64,000 nucleotides of DNA from an uncultured delta proteobacterium (GCA_963736855.1 CAVTQK010000006.1:1-64000), one strand, 5' to 3'; shown: positions 7,446 to 18,614, counted from the first letter of the stretch. Numbers and translations are program-made. The notes: a model not told the origin generated them from the sequence alone.

Positions 7446-9562
7446 CAACCCGAAAGCGCATTGAGTGCAAGAGTCATGGGACGGTCTTCCTCGCTCTTTC
7501 CGGAGAACCGGATTGGCCCGGGCCGTCTATGGGCGTCCGGATCATCCGTAGCGCCAAGCCAGTTTTCGCGTAGGGCTTTGACGACCTGGAAGGCCGGCGA
7601 CTGCAAGTCCACCAGGCTCTTTTCCAGTACCAGACTCATTTTTCCCCCACGCTCTTCCATATTCATGAGGGGCGCAATGGGAATACCGATGGGCTCCCAT
7701 TTGGAAAATTTGTGCTCCAGATTCTTGATAGCCGCCATCTGCCCGGTTGCGCCGTTGGCGATGAGGGTGAATACCGTCAGCCCGAGATTATAGGTGTAGA
7801 TACAATCGAACCGGGTCGGGTCGGTCCCCCTGCCGTCATACCCATAAAAGTGAAGCTGGGTTTTAAACTTCGGTACCGATTTGTCGAAGATTTTCCTGAT
7901 CGCCTTGGGGACTTCCTCCTTCTCAGAGAGAAGCTTCTCCCTCTCAAGAATCTGGCGGAGGGTTTTTTGGGAAAAGATCTCTTTTCCCATAAGGAGAAAA
8001 TTCCCGTCATCGTAATTTCTGAACAGCACGGGGCCGAATCGATCCGGGTCAAGCCCTGCCGTTTGGAGAGTTTTTCGGTAATAGCGTCTTTCGATCCCGA
8101 TCTTGTATTCCCCTTTTTCCCTGAGGATTTTCAGGTAGTCCTTGACCAGCCCGATGATCACTTTTTCAGTCTCCACCTGGGAAAACTGGAAATTCCCGTG
8201 GCTGTCCCGCTCTATTAAAAGCCCTTCCTGGAAAAATTCAGGAACATCGGCGAACAGGTCGTCATCCCGGGAATTCCATACGCTGAAAGTCCCTTCCTCC
8301 CGGGATCGCCGGGCAAGGCCCCTCAAGTATTCCAGTTTCTCCTCAAGGGTGAGAAACGAACTATGGAAATCCGTATCGTGAGTACGGTTGTAATCGGCAA
8401 TGATGGTATTGAGTTTGATGATAAAGACCTGGATCTCGTTGATAAATTCCAGGATCCCTTCCGGAATGACCAGGACGCCGTAATTCTTCCCCACCGCAGC
8501 CCGACGGATGATCCCATCGCAAATCACACGGGAAAGGTGCCTGAGGGTAATGCCGTACGCGTTGTAATCTGTGTAACCGCTCCGAACCAGGCGCTCTTTG
8601 TTGATGTAGTCGGCCAGGTCTTCACCGATAAGAGTCATGTTGGCATGCGTCTGAAGGGCCACTTCCAGTGCCAGATGACTGGCGACCCGTCCCATGACCT
8701 TGCAGATATGCCAGTACTTCACATCGGAACTGGAATCGGTACACAGGTTGCTGACTTCTGCAGCAAAGGCCCGGGCGGCCGTATGAAACCCGAAAGACAT
8801 GGCGCACAGCACATTCCCGTCCGCATCCCTCACCTGGATATCGCCGTCGATGGTTTTCGGCACACCGATGACCTGGACCCCGTCTTCCATCATCTCCTGG
8901 GCGAGAAAAGCGGCATTGGTGTTGGAGTCATCCCCTCCGACAATGACGAGAGCATCAAGCGCCAGATCCTTGCAAGTCTTTCTCGATAGGGACACCTTCT
9001 CCTTGGTGTCGATTTTGGTTCGGCCCGTCTTGATCATGGTGAACCCCCCCAGATTCCGGTGTGCGTCCACCACATCGGCGGTCAGCTCGACGGCTTCGTT
9101 TTCGATGACGCCATCGGGTCCGAGCAAAAAACCGTAGATGCGGTTTTCAGGATTGGCTCTCTTGGCGGCATCGAAAATCCCGGCGATGACATTGTGTCCG
9201 CCGGGTGCCGGGCCGCCGGAAAATACGATGCCGATATTTCGCTTCCGGCGGTATTTTTCACGAAATGAAGCATCGGCATCCTCGATTCCCACGATTCGCT
9301 GAACGCGGTTATCGATGATCCGGGAAAGCTTTTTTTTCGCTTCTTCGTGGATATGAAACCGATATCGATGGTCTTTTTCAAGTGCCGCAAACGGAAATGT
9401 AAAGGCACGGCACTTGGGGGGGCGAAAGCTTATCCGAGCGACAAGCTCTGCGTTGATGCTGCTGATGATCCGCCCCACCGCTTTCTTTTTCAAGAGGATT
9501 TTTCCATCCATGTGCGATTTCCCGGTCATAAGGACCTCCCGTTCATATGGTTGAAGGGTCAT
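7445..9562 (-). CDS. pfp: Pyrophosphate-dependent 6-phosphofructokinase (long form)
   Basis: SGGPAPGGHN, GGDDSNT (Asp of PPi-type enzymes), PKTIDGD, MGRVASH; start uncertain. Confidence 0.85.
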   Translation of the reverse strand: MTLQPYEREVLMTGKSHMDGKILLKKKAVGRIISSINAELVARISFRPPKCRAFTFPFAALEKDHRYRFHIHEEAKKKLSRIIDNRVQRIVGIEDADASFREKYRRKRNIGIVFSGGPAPGGHNVIAGIFDAAKRANPENRIYGFLLGPDGVIENEAVELTADVVDAHRNLGGFTMIKTGRTKIDTKEKVSLSRKTCKDLALDALVIVGGDDSNTNAAFLAQEMMEDGVQVIGVPKTIDGDIQVRDADGNVLCAMSFGFHTAARAFAAEVSNLCTDSSSDVKYWHICKVMGRVASHLALEVALQTHANMTLIGEDLADYINKERLVRSGYTDYNAYGITLRHLSRVICDGIIRRAAVGKNYGVLVIPEGILEFINEIQVFIIKLNTIIADYNRTHDTDFHSSFLTLEEKLEYLRGLARRSREEGTFSVWNSRDDDLFADVPEFFQEGLLIERDSHGNFQFSQVETEKVIIGLVKDYLKILREKGEYKIGIERRYYRKTLQTAGLDPDRFGPVLFRNYDDGNFLLMGKEIFSQKTLRQILEREKLLSEKEEVPKAIRKIFDKSVPKFKTQLHFYGYDGRGTDPTRFDCIYTYNLGLTVFTLIANGATGQMAAIKNLEHKFSKWEPIGIPIAPLMNMEERGGKMSLVLEKSLVDLQSPAFQVVKALRENWLGATDDPDAHRRPGPIRFSGKSEEDRPMTLALNALSG

Positions 9563-9765
9563 CCGCCTGGGGCCTGCCTTTAAGCCTATTTAAATCGCAG
9601 GTCCAGGCGTCGTTTGAATGAAAAAGAAATCCAACTGATGCAGGCTCATTTTATCGATGGCTACCGGCCGATGTCAAGCACCGAACTGCGCAGTTGCGGG
9701 TGAAAAAACGCTTGCCAAATAATGCGGATATGATACAGGTTTTTTGAATCTGAAAAGGACTCTCC

Positions 9766-9918
9766 ATGCGAAACAAGTCGGAACCCGTCGAGGTGGTATG
9801 CCCCGAGTGCAAGCATACCGAAATAATCTACCTCCCCAAAGAAGAGATCGCCAAGTGCCCCCAATGCGGCAGGCAGATGGTGATCTCCGAGCTTTTACAT
9901 GAAGGAAAATCCTACTGA
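9766..9918 (+). CDS. Small zinc-ribbon protein (50 aa), absent from ORF track
   Basis: AAAGGA RBS; MRNKSEPVEVVCPECKHTEIIYLPKEEIAKCPQCGRQMVISELLHEGKSY. Confidence 0.75.
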   Translation: MRNKSEPVEVVCPECKHTEIIYLPKEEIAKCPQCGRQMVISELLHEGKSY

Positions 9919-9983
9919 CACCCAGTCATCTTAAGTAACCAAGTCGAACAAACGTAAAGTCAAAAAACAAAAGGAGGGTTTCT

Positions 9984-10811
9984 ATGAAAAAAGACGTTTT
10001 TTGTAAATGGATACTGGTTCTTCTCGCAGGGATCTTTTTTGCGGGAACATCTTTTGGAGCGGACATCGAACTGGCGAAAAAATCAACCCTGGAACAGATT
10101 TTACAGAAAGGAGAGCTCCGCGTCGGATTCGAGGCGGGGTACATGCCCTTTGAAATGACCGATAAAAAGGGGGATTTTGTCGGATTCGACATCGATATGG
10201 CCAAAGAGATTGCCAAGGCCATGGGCGTCAAATTCACCCCGGTGAACACCGCCTGGGACGGTATCATTCCGGCTTTAATAACGGAAAAGTTTGACATCAT
10301 CATGAGCGGAATGACGGTGACCCAGGAGCGCAACCTTAAAATCAATTTCGCCGATCCTTATATTGTCGTCGGGCAGACTATCCTCATCGCCAAGAAGCAC
10401 GAAACAAAAATCAAATCTTACAAGGATCTCAACAAAACCGATTACATCGTTACATCAAAGTTGGGGACCACCGGAGAACAGGCCGTGAAACGTATGATCC
10501 CCAAGGCCAAATACAAATCCTTCGAGACCGAACCCGAGGCTGCGCTGGAAGTGGTCAACGGCAAGGCCGATGCCTTTGTCTACGACCTGCCCTACTGCGC
10601 TGTTTTCATGGCCCAGCAGGGAGCCGGGAAGCTGATCTTTTTAGAAAAGCCCTTCACCTATGAACCGCTGGCATGGGCGATCCGAAAAGGGGATCCCGAT
10701 TTCATGAACTGGCTCAACAACTTCCTAAGACAGGTGAAAAATGACGGTCGGTACGATCAAATCTACGACAAGTGGATCAAGAGCAACCAGTGGCTCAAGG
10801 ATGTACAATAG
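9984..10811 (+). CDS. Polar amino-acid ABC transporter substrate-binding protein
   Basis: Signal peptide, GFDIDMAKEIA, WDGIIPAL; SBP family 3. Confidence 0.92.
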   Translation: MKKDVFCKWILVLLAGIFFAGTSFGADIELAKKSTLEQILQKGELRVGFEAGYMPFEMTDKKGDFVGFDIDMAKEIAKAMGVKFTPVNTAWDGIIPALITEKFDIIMSGMTVTQERNLKINFADPYIVVGQTILIAKKHETKIKSYKDLNKTDYIVTSKLGTTGEQAVKRMIPKAKYKSFETEPEAALEVVNGKADAFVYDLPYCAVFMAQQGAGKLIFLEKPFTYEPLAWAIRKGDPDFMNWLNNFLRQVKNDGRYDQIYDKWIKSNQWLKDVQ

Positions 10812-10873
10812 GGGCCGAGGGTTTAAGTAAAACCGGAGGCCGATTATGTACAAAAAGCGTGAGTCCTTGAACC

Positions 10874-11899
10874 GTGCATAAGGGCATGACCATGGGAACC
10901 CCCACTTCAGACGGAACTCTAAAAAACACCGGTTACTATGTCTGGGTGGGGGTTTTTTTCTGCATAGTGATGGGCATCGCCTATGCCTTGTATTACGCCA
11001 CCCTGAAGATCGATTATGTGTGGCGGTGGTACCGGATTCCGCAATATTTTCTCTTTAAAGAACAGGTCGAAGCCCTGGCGCAGATCCAGGGAACCGTTCA
11101 CCGCATTACGATGAAGGAAGATCTCGTCCTGGTGGAGGTTAAGGAAGGCGATATAACAGAAACTTATCCGGTTCCCGCAAAAGCCCTTCGAGTCCGTGAA
11201 GGCGACTTCATTTATTCCGGTGATGTACTGGGCGCCTATTCCCGATGGCGCGTGGGGATTTTGATAGAAGGTCTATGGCTGACCTTGAAGGTGAGCTTTA
11301 TCGCCATCATCTTCGGGGTGATCATCGGCCTCTTCGGGGGGCTTGCCAGAATATCTAAAAATCCGGCTTTCAAGTGGCTGGCCATCACCTACATCGAGCT
11401 GATCCGCGGATCCCCGCTTCTGGTCCAGATCTTCATCTGGTATTTTGTTTTGGGCACCCTCATCAATACGATCCTGGCCAGGCATGGACTGATACAGATC
11501 CCGCCACTGTGGTTCGGGGTGGCGGCGCTGGCATGCTTTGCAGGCGCCTATGTGGCAGAGATCGTTCGTGCGGGAATTCAGTCGATCCACCGGGGTCAGA
11601 CAGAAGCCTCCCGCTCCCTGGGAATGACCTATGTCCAGTCCATGCTCCACGTCATTTTACCCCAGGCGTTGCGACGGATCCTGCCTCCCCTCGCCGGACA
11701 GTTCATCAGCCTCATCAAGGATTCGTCACTTCTGGGTATCATCGCCATCCGGGAGCTGACCAAAGCCACCCGTGAGGTGGTGACCACCAGTCTGCAGCCC
11801 TTCGAACTTTGGTTTTTGTGCGCCCTCCTCTATCTCTTTCTGACCTTCACACTTTCCATGTTCTTACAGTACCTGGAAAGGAGACAGCTGATCACATGA
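10874..11899 (+). CDS. Polar amino-acid ABC transporter permease
   Basis: [27 protein letters not shown]-like loop; start may be 10886 or 10892. Confidence 0.92.
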   Translation: MHKGMTMGTPTSDGTLKNTGYYVWVGVFFCIVMGIAYALYYATLKIDYVWRWYRIPQYFLFKEQVEALAQIQGTVHRITMKEDLVLVEVKEGDITETYPVPAKALRVREGDFIYSGDVLGAYSRWRVGILIEGLWLTLKVSFIAIIFGVIIGLFGGLARISKNPAFKWLAITYIELIRGSPLLVQIFIWYFVLGTLINTILARHGLIQIPPLWFGVAALACFAGAYVAEIVRAGIQSIHRGQTEASRSLGMTYVQSMLHVILPQALRRILPPLAGQFISLIKDSSLLGIIAIRELTKATREVVTTSLQPFELWFLCALLYLFLTFTLSMFLQYLERRQLIT

Positions 11900-12627
11900 T
11901 CGACGTCCGCAACGTCCATAAGACCTTCCTTTCCCCACATGTGGTTCGGGCGCTGGTGGATATCACCGTTAAAATCGAGCAAGGAGAGGTGGTGGTGGTC
12001 ATCGGCCCTTCCGGGTCCGGTAAAAGCACCTTATTAAGGTGCCTCAACCACCTTGAAGCCGCCGATAGCGGACATATCTTCATCGACGGCATCGATATCC
12101 TGGATCCCAAGACCGATATCAACAAGGTTCGTGCCGAGGTCGGCATGGTTTTCCAATCCTTTAACCTTTTCCCTCACAAAACGGTTCTCGAAAACGTGAC
12201 TTTGGCCCAGATCGTGGTCCGGAAACGCTCCAAGGCGCAGGCCTTTGAAAAAGCCATGATGCTTTTGAAAAAAGTGGGCATCGGGGAGAAGGCCAACGGA
12301 TATCCGGATCAGCTTTCCGGCGGTCAGCAGCAGCGCGTGGCCATCGCACGGGCCCTGGCTATGGACCCGAAGATCATGCTCTTTGATGAGCCCACCTCCG
12401 CCCTGGATCCGGAAATGATCGGGGAGGTGCTCGACGTCATGAAAACCCTGGCCCGTGAAGGGATGACCATGGTCGTGGTAACCCACGAAATGGGGTTTGC
12501 CCGTGAAGTGGCCGACCGAGTCCTTTTCATGGACGAAGGGGCCGTTGTGGAAGAAGGAACGCCGGAACATTTCTTTAAAAATCCCGAACACGATCGCACC
12601 CGGCTCTTCCTGAGTCAGATTTTATAA
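11896..12627 (+). CDS. Polar amino-acid ABC transporter ATP-binding protein (GlnQ-like)
   Basis: [32 protein letters not shown] overlap with permease stop. Confidence 0.93.
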   Translation: MIDVRNVHKTFLSPHVVRALVDITVKIEQGEVVVVIGPSGSGKSTLLRCLNHLEAADSGHIFIDGIDILDPKTDINKVRAEVGMVFQSFNLFPHKTVLENVTLAQIVVRKRSKAQAFEKAMMLLKKVGIGEKANGYPDQLSGGQQQRVAIARALAMDPKIMLFDEPTSALDPEMIGEVLDVMKTLAREGMTMVVVTHEMGFAREVADRVLFMDEGAVVEEGTPEHFFKNPEHDRTRLFLSQIL

Positions 12628-12841
12628 TAACGTGGAGCCCTCAAACCGTTCCTTCTTCCCTATATCTTGTGTCCATTCCTCAAAAACATACCCCTTCTTG
12701 TGTTTTTTTCTTTACAAACCTTTCTTTCCTTGATATCCAGTTTCATTGAGAAAAAACCGGTGTGCCGCAATAGATTGACGGTGGCCACCTTCACAGTCAA
12801 GGTATGATTCGACGTTTAATGAAAGGGATGCGGAGGACCCG

Positions 12842-15800
12842 ATGAAGCTTAAAAGAATTGAGGTAACCGGGTTTAAATCCTTCCTCGAAAAGACCGCCAT
12901 CTCCTTCCCGGCCGGGATATCCGCTATCGTGGGCCCCAACGGATGCGGAAAGAGCAACATCGTGGATGCGTTGCGCTGGGTCATGGGGGAGCAAAGCGTC
13001 AAGCAGCTCAGGGGCAAGACCATGGAAGACATCATCTTTTCCGGAGCCAACGGAAAGCCCCCCCTGGGTATGGCGGAAGTTTCTCTGACACTTCTCAACG
13101 ACAATGGTTCGGCTCCGGAGGAATTCAAAGACTTTACCGAGATCCAGGTAACCCGGCGCCTCTATCGATCCGGAGAAAGCGGTTACTTTCTCAACAAGCA
13201 GCCCTGCCGCCTCAAGGACGTTCACAACCTGTTTTTAGGGGCTGGGATGGGGGCGAGGACCTATGCGGTCGTCCAGCAGGGGAAAATCAGCTCCATCACC
13301 GATGCCGGCCCCGAGGAACGGCGGATATTCATCGAAGAGGCGGCCGGGGTCTCCCGATTCAAGAGCCGGAAGATCGAGGCCATCCGGAAACTGGAAGGCA
13401 CCAACAATAATTTATTGCGGATCCTGGATATCCTTTCCGAGGTCAAACGGCATATGGAGGCTCTCAAGCGCCAGGCCAAAAAAGCGGAACTGCATAAAAA
13501 ACTGAAAAGCCGTGCCAAAACTTTCGATATCCGGATTGCTTTGCGGGAGCACGTCCAATACACCCAAAAGATACAGGAAATCGAAGAACTCCTCAGGGGC
13601 TTTCAGAACCAGGACCTGGAACAATCATCCCGGCTGCAACGTTTGAATGCATTGGCCGAGGAGATCAAGCTCAAACGGATGCAAAAAAACGAGGAGATCT
13701 CCGCCGAAAAAACCCGGGCTTTCGAAGCCCAGCGGACCGTCGACAAAATTGAAAACGACATCGCCCATGCTTCTCAAGACATCCGGCGCCTTTCCGACGA
13801 AATCGTGAACCTCGAAAACAGCCACCGGGAAGAACAGGGAAAGATCACCCAAATCGTCTCCGAGATCTCCGGCGCGGAAAGTGACGCCACCCGTTACCAG
13901 AAGGAAATCGATGATCTCAGGAACGTCGTCGCCCAAAAACAGACCGCACTGCAGCAAAAACGGGAAGCACTGGACCGTCAAAAACAGGACCTGGAACAAC
14001 GTAAAACCCACCTTACAGACTTGATGTCTCAGGAAGTGCGCTACAAAAACGTCTTCGAGACATCTTTTACCACCAAGCAAAATCTCCATCGCCGTCTGGA
14101 CCGGATTCGATCCGAAAAAGAGACCACGGCTAAAACCGTAGCAGAGCTTTCCGGGAAAAAATCCCGAGCACAGGAGACCCTCGAAGCTATTATAGCCGAA
14201 ATTCAAAATCTCGTTGAGTCTGTCACCCGGCTCCGGGAATCACTCAACGATCAGAAAATGCATCTGAGCCGTCAAGTGAAACAGACCCAGACCCTGGAAA
14301 TGGAACGAAATGAAATCCGTTCCCGTTACAGCGCCCTTAAAAAGATGGAGGATAATTACGAGTGGTACAAGGAAGGGGTGCGCGCACTCCTGAAGGCCCG
14401 GGATGCGGCTTCCAGCCACGATACCCCGCCCGCGACCCGCGCCATTCTAGGCCTTTCGGCGGATATCTTCGAACCTGAGCCGTCCTTTGAAACAGCCGCG
14501 GAAGCCGCCCTTGGGGAAGCCCTCCAGTATGTCCTTGTAGAAAATCAAGATGCCGGTGAAAACCTCATCGCTTACCTGAAGACCACCGGAACGGGGCGAA
14601 GCGGCATCATTCCCGTAAAGTCCATCAAACCTCACCCACCCGTCGGCTCGGTCCCGACCGATCACCCCGGTCGCCTTCTCAACCATGTAACAGTCCGGGA
14701 AGGATATGCCCCGGTAGCCGAAGCCCTTCTGGGTACCACGCTGGTGGCGGAAACCCTGTCCGACGCAATAAAACTCTGGAAGCAAAACGGCATCCAGGCA
14801 ACCATCGTCACGATTGATGGAGATCTTATTACTCCCCGTGGCATCCTCGTGGGGGGATCCGGAGAGCAACTTGCCGGGATTCTTGCCAAGAAACACGAAC
14901 TCAAATCTCTGGCCGCACATCTTACCGACATCGAAGGACGCTTGGGTTCTGCCCGCGACGCGCTTAAAAATGTAGAATCGGAAGTCCGGGAGGTCGAAAC
15001 CCGCCTCCAGCAGATGATCGAATCCCAGGCCACCCTATCCCGGAAACAGACCGAGGCGGAAAAAACAAACTACATTCTTACCGAAGACCTCAAGCATGCC
15101 AAACGGCATCTGGAGATCCTCGATCTGGAAGAAGAACAGATCCTGGGGGAAGCCGAAGACATCGATGCGGATATCGCCCGGTTTCGAAAAGAGCTGGAAG
15201 ACCTGGGAGAAAGCCTGAGACAGGCCCGCCTGGAGTGTGACGAAATGACGGGTCGGATCCGGAGCCGGTCCGATGAAATGGAACGCACGGGCCAGGAGGT
15301 GGTGGATCTCAAGCTGAACCTGACCGCCGTTTCTGCCAAGCTGGAAAGCAGCACTCAGACTCTCAACCGTCTCAAGATCTACCAGGATGAGGGGTGCCGC
15401 CGGCTCGAAGACCTGTCGGCCCAGATCCAGGGCAAGACCGGGCAAATCATCCACCTCAACCAAGCCAAAACCGAATGGGAAGAGAACCTGAAGACGATCT
15501 ACGAGGATGTCCGGACCATCGAGGCGGTGGTTGAAAAGAGCGAAGCAGACTACAGGGCCATTGAAGAGCGGCTTAAGGAAAACGAAGGGGCCGCAATTTA
15601 CATCCAGAAGGAGCGCGAATCTCTCATGGAACAGATCCGACTGCTGGCCCTGGAACAGAGTGAGCACCAGATCAAGCGCGATAATCTGATCAATCACCTT
15701 CAGGAACGATACCAGACACCCTTTGAAATCCTTTTAAAAGAAATTGAAGATCTCACCCGGGAAGCCCAGGGGGCACCTCCGGAGCCCACGGAAGCCTTGA

Positions 15801-16444
15801 GGGAATCGCTGGCCGGCCTGAAAAAGCGTATCGAGCGGATCGGTGACGTCAACATGGGAGCCCTCAAGGAATACGAAGAACTCCAGTCTCGTTATGATTT
15901 CCTGACGACACAAAAAGACGATCTCACAAAGGCCGTGGAAGACCTCCACAAGGTGATCAAGAAGATCAACCATATCACCCGGGAACGATTCCTGACCACC
16001 TTCCATGCCATCAACGAAAAACTCAAAGAGGTATTCCCCCGTCTGTTCGAAGGGGGCACAGCGGAATTGGTGATGACCGAACCGGACGATGTACTGGAGA
16101 CTGGCGTGGAGTTCATGATTCATCCGCCCGGGAAAAGGATCACCCGGATGAGCCTCTTATCCGGAGGGGAGAAAGCACTTTCGGCCATCGCCCTGATCTT
16201 TTCCATCTTCCTCCTCAAGCCGGCTTCCTTTTGCTTGATGGATGAGATCGACGCACCTCTGGATGACGTCAATATCCATCGCTTCAACAATCTCCTCAAG
16301 ATCATCGGGGAAAAATCCCAGATCATTTTAATTACCCACAATAAGAAGAGCATGGAGTTCGCCGACACCCTTTTTGGAATAACCATGGAACAAAAAGGAA
16401 TCTCTAAAATTGTCTCCGTCAATCTGACAAAGGCGACCTCCTGA
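12842..16444 (+). CDS. smc: Chromosome segregation protein SMC
   Basis: GFKSF, GPNGCGKSN, coiled coils, hinge, LSGGEK, DEIDAPLD. Confidence 0.96.
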   Translation: MKLKRIEVTGFKSFLEKTAISFPAGISAIVGPNGCGKSNIVDALRWVMGEQSVKQLRGKTMEDIIFSGANGKPPLGMAEVSLTLLNDNGSAPEEFKDFTEIQVTRRLYRSGESGYFLNKQPCRLKDVHNLFLGAGMGARTYAVVQQGKISSITDAGPEERRIFIEEAAGVSRFKSRKIEAIRKLEGTNNNLLRILDILSEVKRHMEALKRQAKKAELHKKLKSRAKTFDIRIALREHVQYTQKIQEIEELLRGFQNQDLEQSSRLQRLNALAEEIKLKRMQKNEEISAEKTRAFEAQRTVDKIENDIAHASQDIRRLSDEIVNLENSHREEQGKITQIVSEISGAESDATRYQKEIDDLRNVVAQKQTALQQKREALDRQKQDLEQRKTHLTDLMSQEVRYKNVFETSFTTKQNLHRRLDRIRSEKETTAKTVAELSGKKSRAQETLEAIIAEIQNLVESVTRLRESLNDQKMHLSRQVKQTQTLEMERNEIRSRYSALKKMEDNYEWYKEGVRALLKARDAASSHDTPPATRAILGLSADIFEPEPSFETAAEAALGEALQYVLVENQDAGENLIAYLKTTGTGRSGIIPVKSIKPHPPVGSVPTDHPGRLLNHVTVREGYAPVAEALLGTTLVAETLSDAIKLWKQNGIQATIVTIDGDLITPRGILVGGSGEQLAGILAKKHELKSLAAHLTDIEGRLGSARDALKNVESEVREVETRLQQMIESQATLSRKQTEAEKTNYILTEDLKHAKRHLEILDLEEEQILGEAEDIDADIARFRKELEDLGESLRQARLECDEMTGRIRSRSDEMERTGQEVVDLKLNLTAVSAKLESSTQTLNRLKIYQDEGCRRLEDLSAQIQGKTGQIIHLNQAKTEWEENLKTIYEDVRTIEAVVEKSEADYRAIEERLKENEGAAIYIQKERESLMEQIRLLALEQSEHQIKRDNLINHLQERYQTPFEILLKEIEDLTREAQGAPPEPTEALRESLAGLKKRIERIGDVNMGALKEYEELQSRYDFLTTQKDDLTKAVEDLHKVIKKINHITRERFLTTFHAINEKLKEVFPRLFEGGTAELVMTEPDDVLETGVEFMIHPPGKRITRMSLLSGGEKALSAIALIFSIFLLKPASFCLMDEIDAPLDDVNIHRFNNLLKIIGEKSQIILITHNKKSMEFADTLFGITMEQKGISKIVSVNLTKATS

Positions 16445-16466
16445 AAAGTACGCTTTAACGGGATGA

Positions 16467-17463
16467 ATGACAGCAATGGGTTGGTTCGGCAAAAAAAAAG
16501 AATCTGAAAACAGGGACGCTTCTATCCCTGAAAACGATAGCCGGCCTGAAAACACCCCTCGATCGGGTTTGTTCCAGCGCCTCAAGAAGGGTCTTACCAA
16601 AACCCGTCAAATCCTTACCACCGATATCGACAAGCTGTTTACCGGGAAGAAGATCGACGCATCGGACCTGGAGCATTTGGAAGAGATTCTTATCACCGCC
16701 GATATCGGGGTCAAAACCGCCACATCACTCATCGAAAGGATCTCCCAGGAGACGGAGCGCCTCACGGATGCCGAATCCTTGAAGACGCTGCTCAAAGAAG
16801 AGTTACGCAAGGTGTTCGAAGTCCGGAGACACCGTGTATCGGAAATCTGCGGGAAAACCCTATGTCATCCTGGTGGTGGGCGTCAACGGTGTGGGCAAAA
16901 CCACCACCATCGGGAAACTTGCCGCAAAAAGACGGGCAAAGGGAGAGTCGGTTTTAATCGCAGCGTCTGACACCTTCCGGGCGGCAGCCATCGAACAGCT
17001 GGAAGTCTGGGCAAACCGGGCCGGGGCGGAACTGGTCAAACATAAGGAAAATTCCGATCCTGCCGCAGTGGCTTACGACGCCTTGGAAGCCGCATTGGCC
17101 AGGGGCACGGACACCGTCATCATCGACACGGCAGGCCGGATCCATACTAAGATCAACCTCATGGAGGAGCTTAAAAAAATTCAGCGTACCGTCGCCAAGC
17201 GGTTGCCCGGAAGTCCCCATGAAATCCTTTTGGTATTGGACGCCACTACCGGCCAAAACGCCGTTTCCCAGGCCACCTTATTTCATGAAGCCCTCGATGT
17301 GACCGGCATCGCGCTGACCAAGCTGGACGGCACTGCCAAGGGCGGGATTGTGGTCAGCATCTATGATGCGCTCAAGATTCCCTTGAAGTATATCGGCGTC
17401 GGGGAGAGTATCGAAGATCTGCAGGAGTTTGACCCGGCATTGTTTATCGATGCCCTCTTTTAA
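16467..17463 (+). CDS. ftsY: Signal recognition particle receptor FtsY, split by a frameshift near 16810-16850
   Basis: N domain (RLKKGLTKTR, LEEILITADIG) in 16467-16970; G domain (GVNGVGKTT, DTFRAAA, DTAGR, TKLDG) in 16834-17463, different frame. Confidence 0.9.
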
Positions 17464-17730
17464 ACCGCTCCATACAGCTCATTCCTCACCCTGCCTTGTT
17501 TGGCGGGACCTCAGCGGTATCGGATCAATCTAAAATTGGAGTGAAATTCTTTGGGATTAAACCTTCCCCGCGACAAGTATAAAGGAGGCCTTTCCAGATT
17601 TTATCGGACCATCTCCCTGGGATCCTCTCGGAGGTTGAATCTACAAGGATCCGATCCGCTGAATGCAGTATCCACGGGTATCGTTTTTAACTCAAAAATT
17701 GCTTTTTTTACAAAACATGAACAAATTGTG

Positions 17731-17759
17731 TTGACATCGTCGAAAAGCTTGGCTAAGCC
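17731..17759 (+). promoter_or_regulatory. Possible sigma70 promoter of HU gene
   Basis: TTGACA-17 bp-TAAGCC. Confidence 0.4.
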
Positions 17760-17812
17760 TCAAAGAAAATTTCGGCTGGCGCGACGTCAAACCACAAAAA
17801 GGGGGAAAGACT

Positions 17813-18085
17813 ATGACAAAGGCAGAACTGGTGGAACAAATGGCAAAGGATGCTGGCGTTTCCAAAGTTGCGGCCACAGCGGCCCTCGAATCTTTTATCG
17901 CCAACGTTACCAAGACTCTGAAGAAAAAGGACGGGAAGGTGACGCTGGTCGGCTTCGGTACTTTTTACAAGTCCAAGCGCAAAGCCCGCAAAGGGAGAAA
18001 CCCTCAGACCGGAGAACCCATCAAGATCAAAGCCAGCACCGTTGTCAAGTTCAAGGCCGGCAAGAAACTCAAAGACATGATGTAA
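17813..18085 (+). CDS. hup: HU family DNA-binding protein
   Basis: MTKAELV, VGFGTF, GRNPQTGE, KFKAGK. Confidence 0.95.
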   Translation: MTKAELVEQMAKDAGVSKVAATAALESFIANVTKTLKKKDGKVTLVGFGTFYKSKRKARKGRNPQTGEPIKIKASTVVKFKAGKKLKDMM

Positions 18086-18108
18086 CCCAATCCGCAGACA
18101 TTCAAAGC

Positions 18109-18155
18109 AAAAGGCGGCTTGCGGGAATGGACTCCCGCTATCAGTCGCCTTTTTT
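18109..18155 (+). terminator. Intrinsic terminator after hup
   Basis: aaaaggcggct...gcggga/tcccgc...agtcgcc-tttttt hairpin plus T run. Confidence 0.65.
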
Positions 18156-18159
18156 ATTT

Positions 18160-18312
18160 GATGGCTTCGTAAAAAGTTCAATTTCCGCGTTGCGCTTCAT
18201 CCCGTTGCGATTTCGACGTACGATAAGTACGCCTCATCACATGGGATTCGCGACACCTTGAACTTGAACTTTTTACTTTGCCATCTGATTTTCGACTTTT
18301 TACGAGTTCGTC
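18160..18312. mobile_element. MITE-like element (153 bp) with 6-bp flanking direct repeat TTATTT
   Basis: Ends GATGGCTTCGTAAAAAGT / ACTTTTTACGAGTTCGTC; extra internal right end at 18268-18285; TTATTT at 18154-18159 and 18313-18318. Confidence 0.7.
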
Positions 18313-18332
18313 TTATTTAAAGGATCGATTCT

Positions 18333-18614
18333 TTAATACCGGATGTTAAAATTTAAATATTTTCCGGAAAATGGTTCCCATTCCACCTTCACATGTTCTA
18401 CCCGGGCACGGGGCGGACCGTGCCAGCACCACGACAAGACGGCCTCCACATCGGCTTTCTCCCCTTCGAAAACCGCCTCCACCGTGCCGTCCCGGTTGTT
18501 TTTCACCCAACCGTTCACATGATACTGCAGGGCGGCCTTATGTGTTTCCATGCGAAAAAAGACACCCTGCACGCGCCCGCTGATTACGGCATGAGCCCGA
18601 ACGTTATCTTCCAC
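18333..18614 (-). CDS. acyP: Acylphosphatase
   Basis: GRVQGVFFR, GWVKN..DGTVE, GPPRARV. Confidence 0.93.
   Translation of the reverse strand: MEDNVRAHAVISGRVQGVFFRMETHKAALQYHVNGWVKNNRDGTVEAVFEGEKADVEAVLSWCWHGPPRARVEHVKVEWEPFSGKYLNFNIRY

Noticed and set aside
17464..17730. Possible ncRNA between ftsY and hup
   Set aside because: Only short hairpins; no SRP, 6S or riboswitch consensus recognisable by eye.
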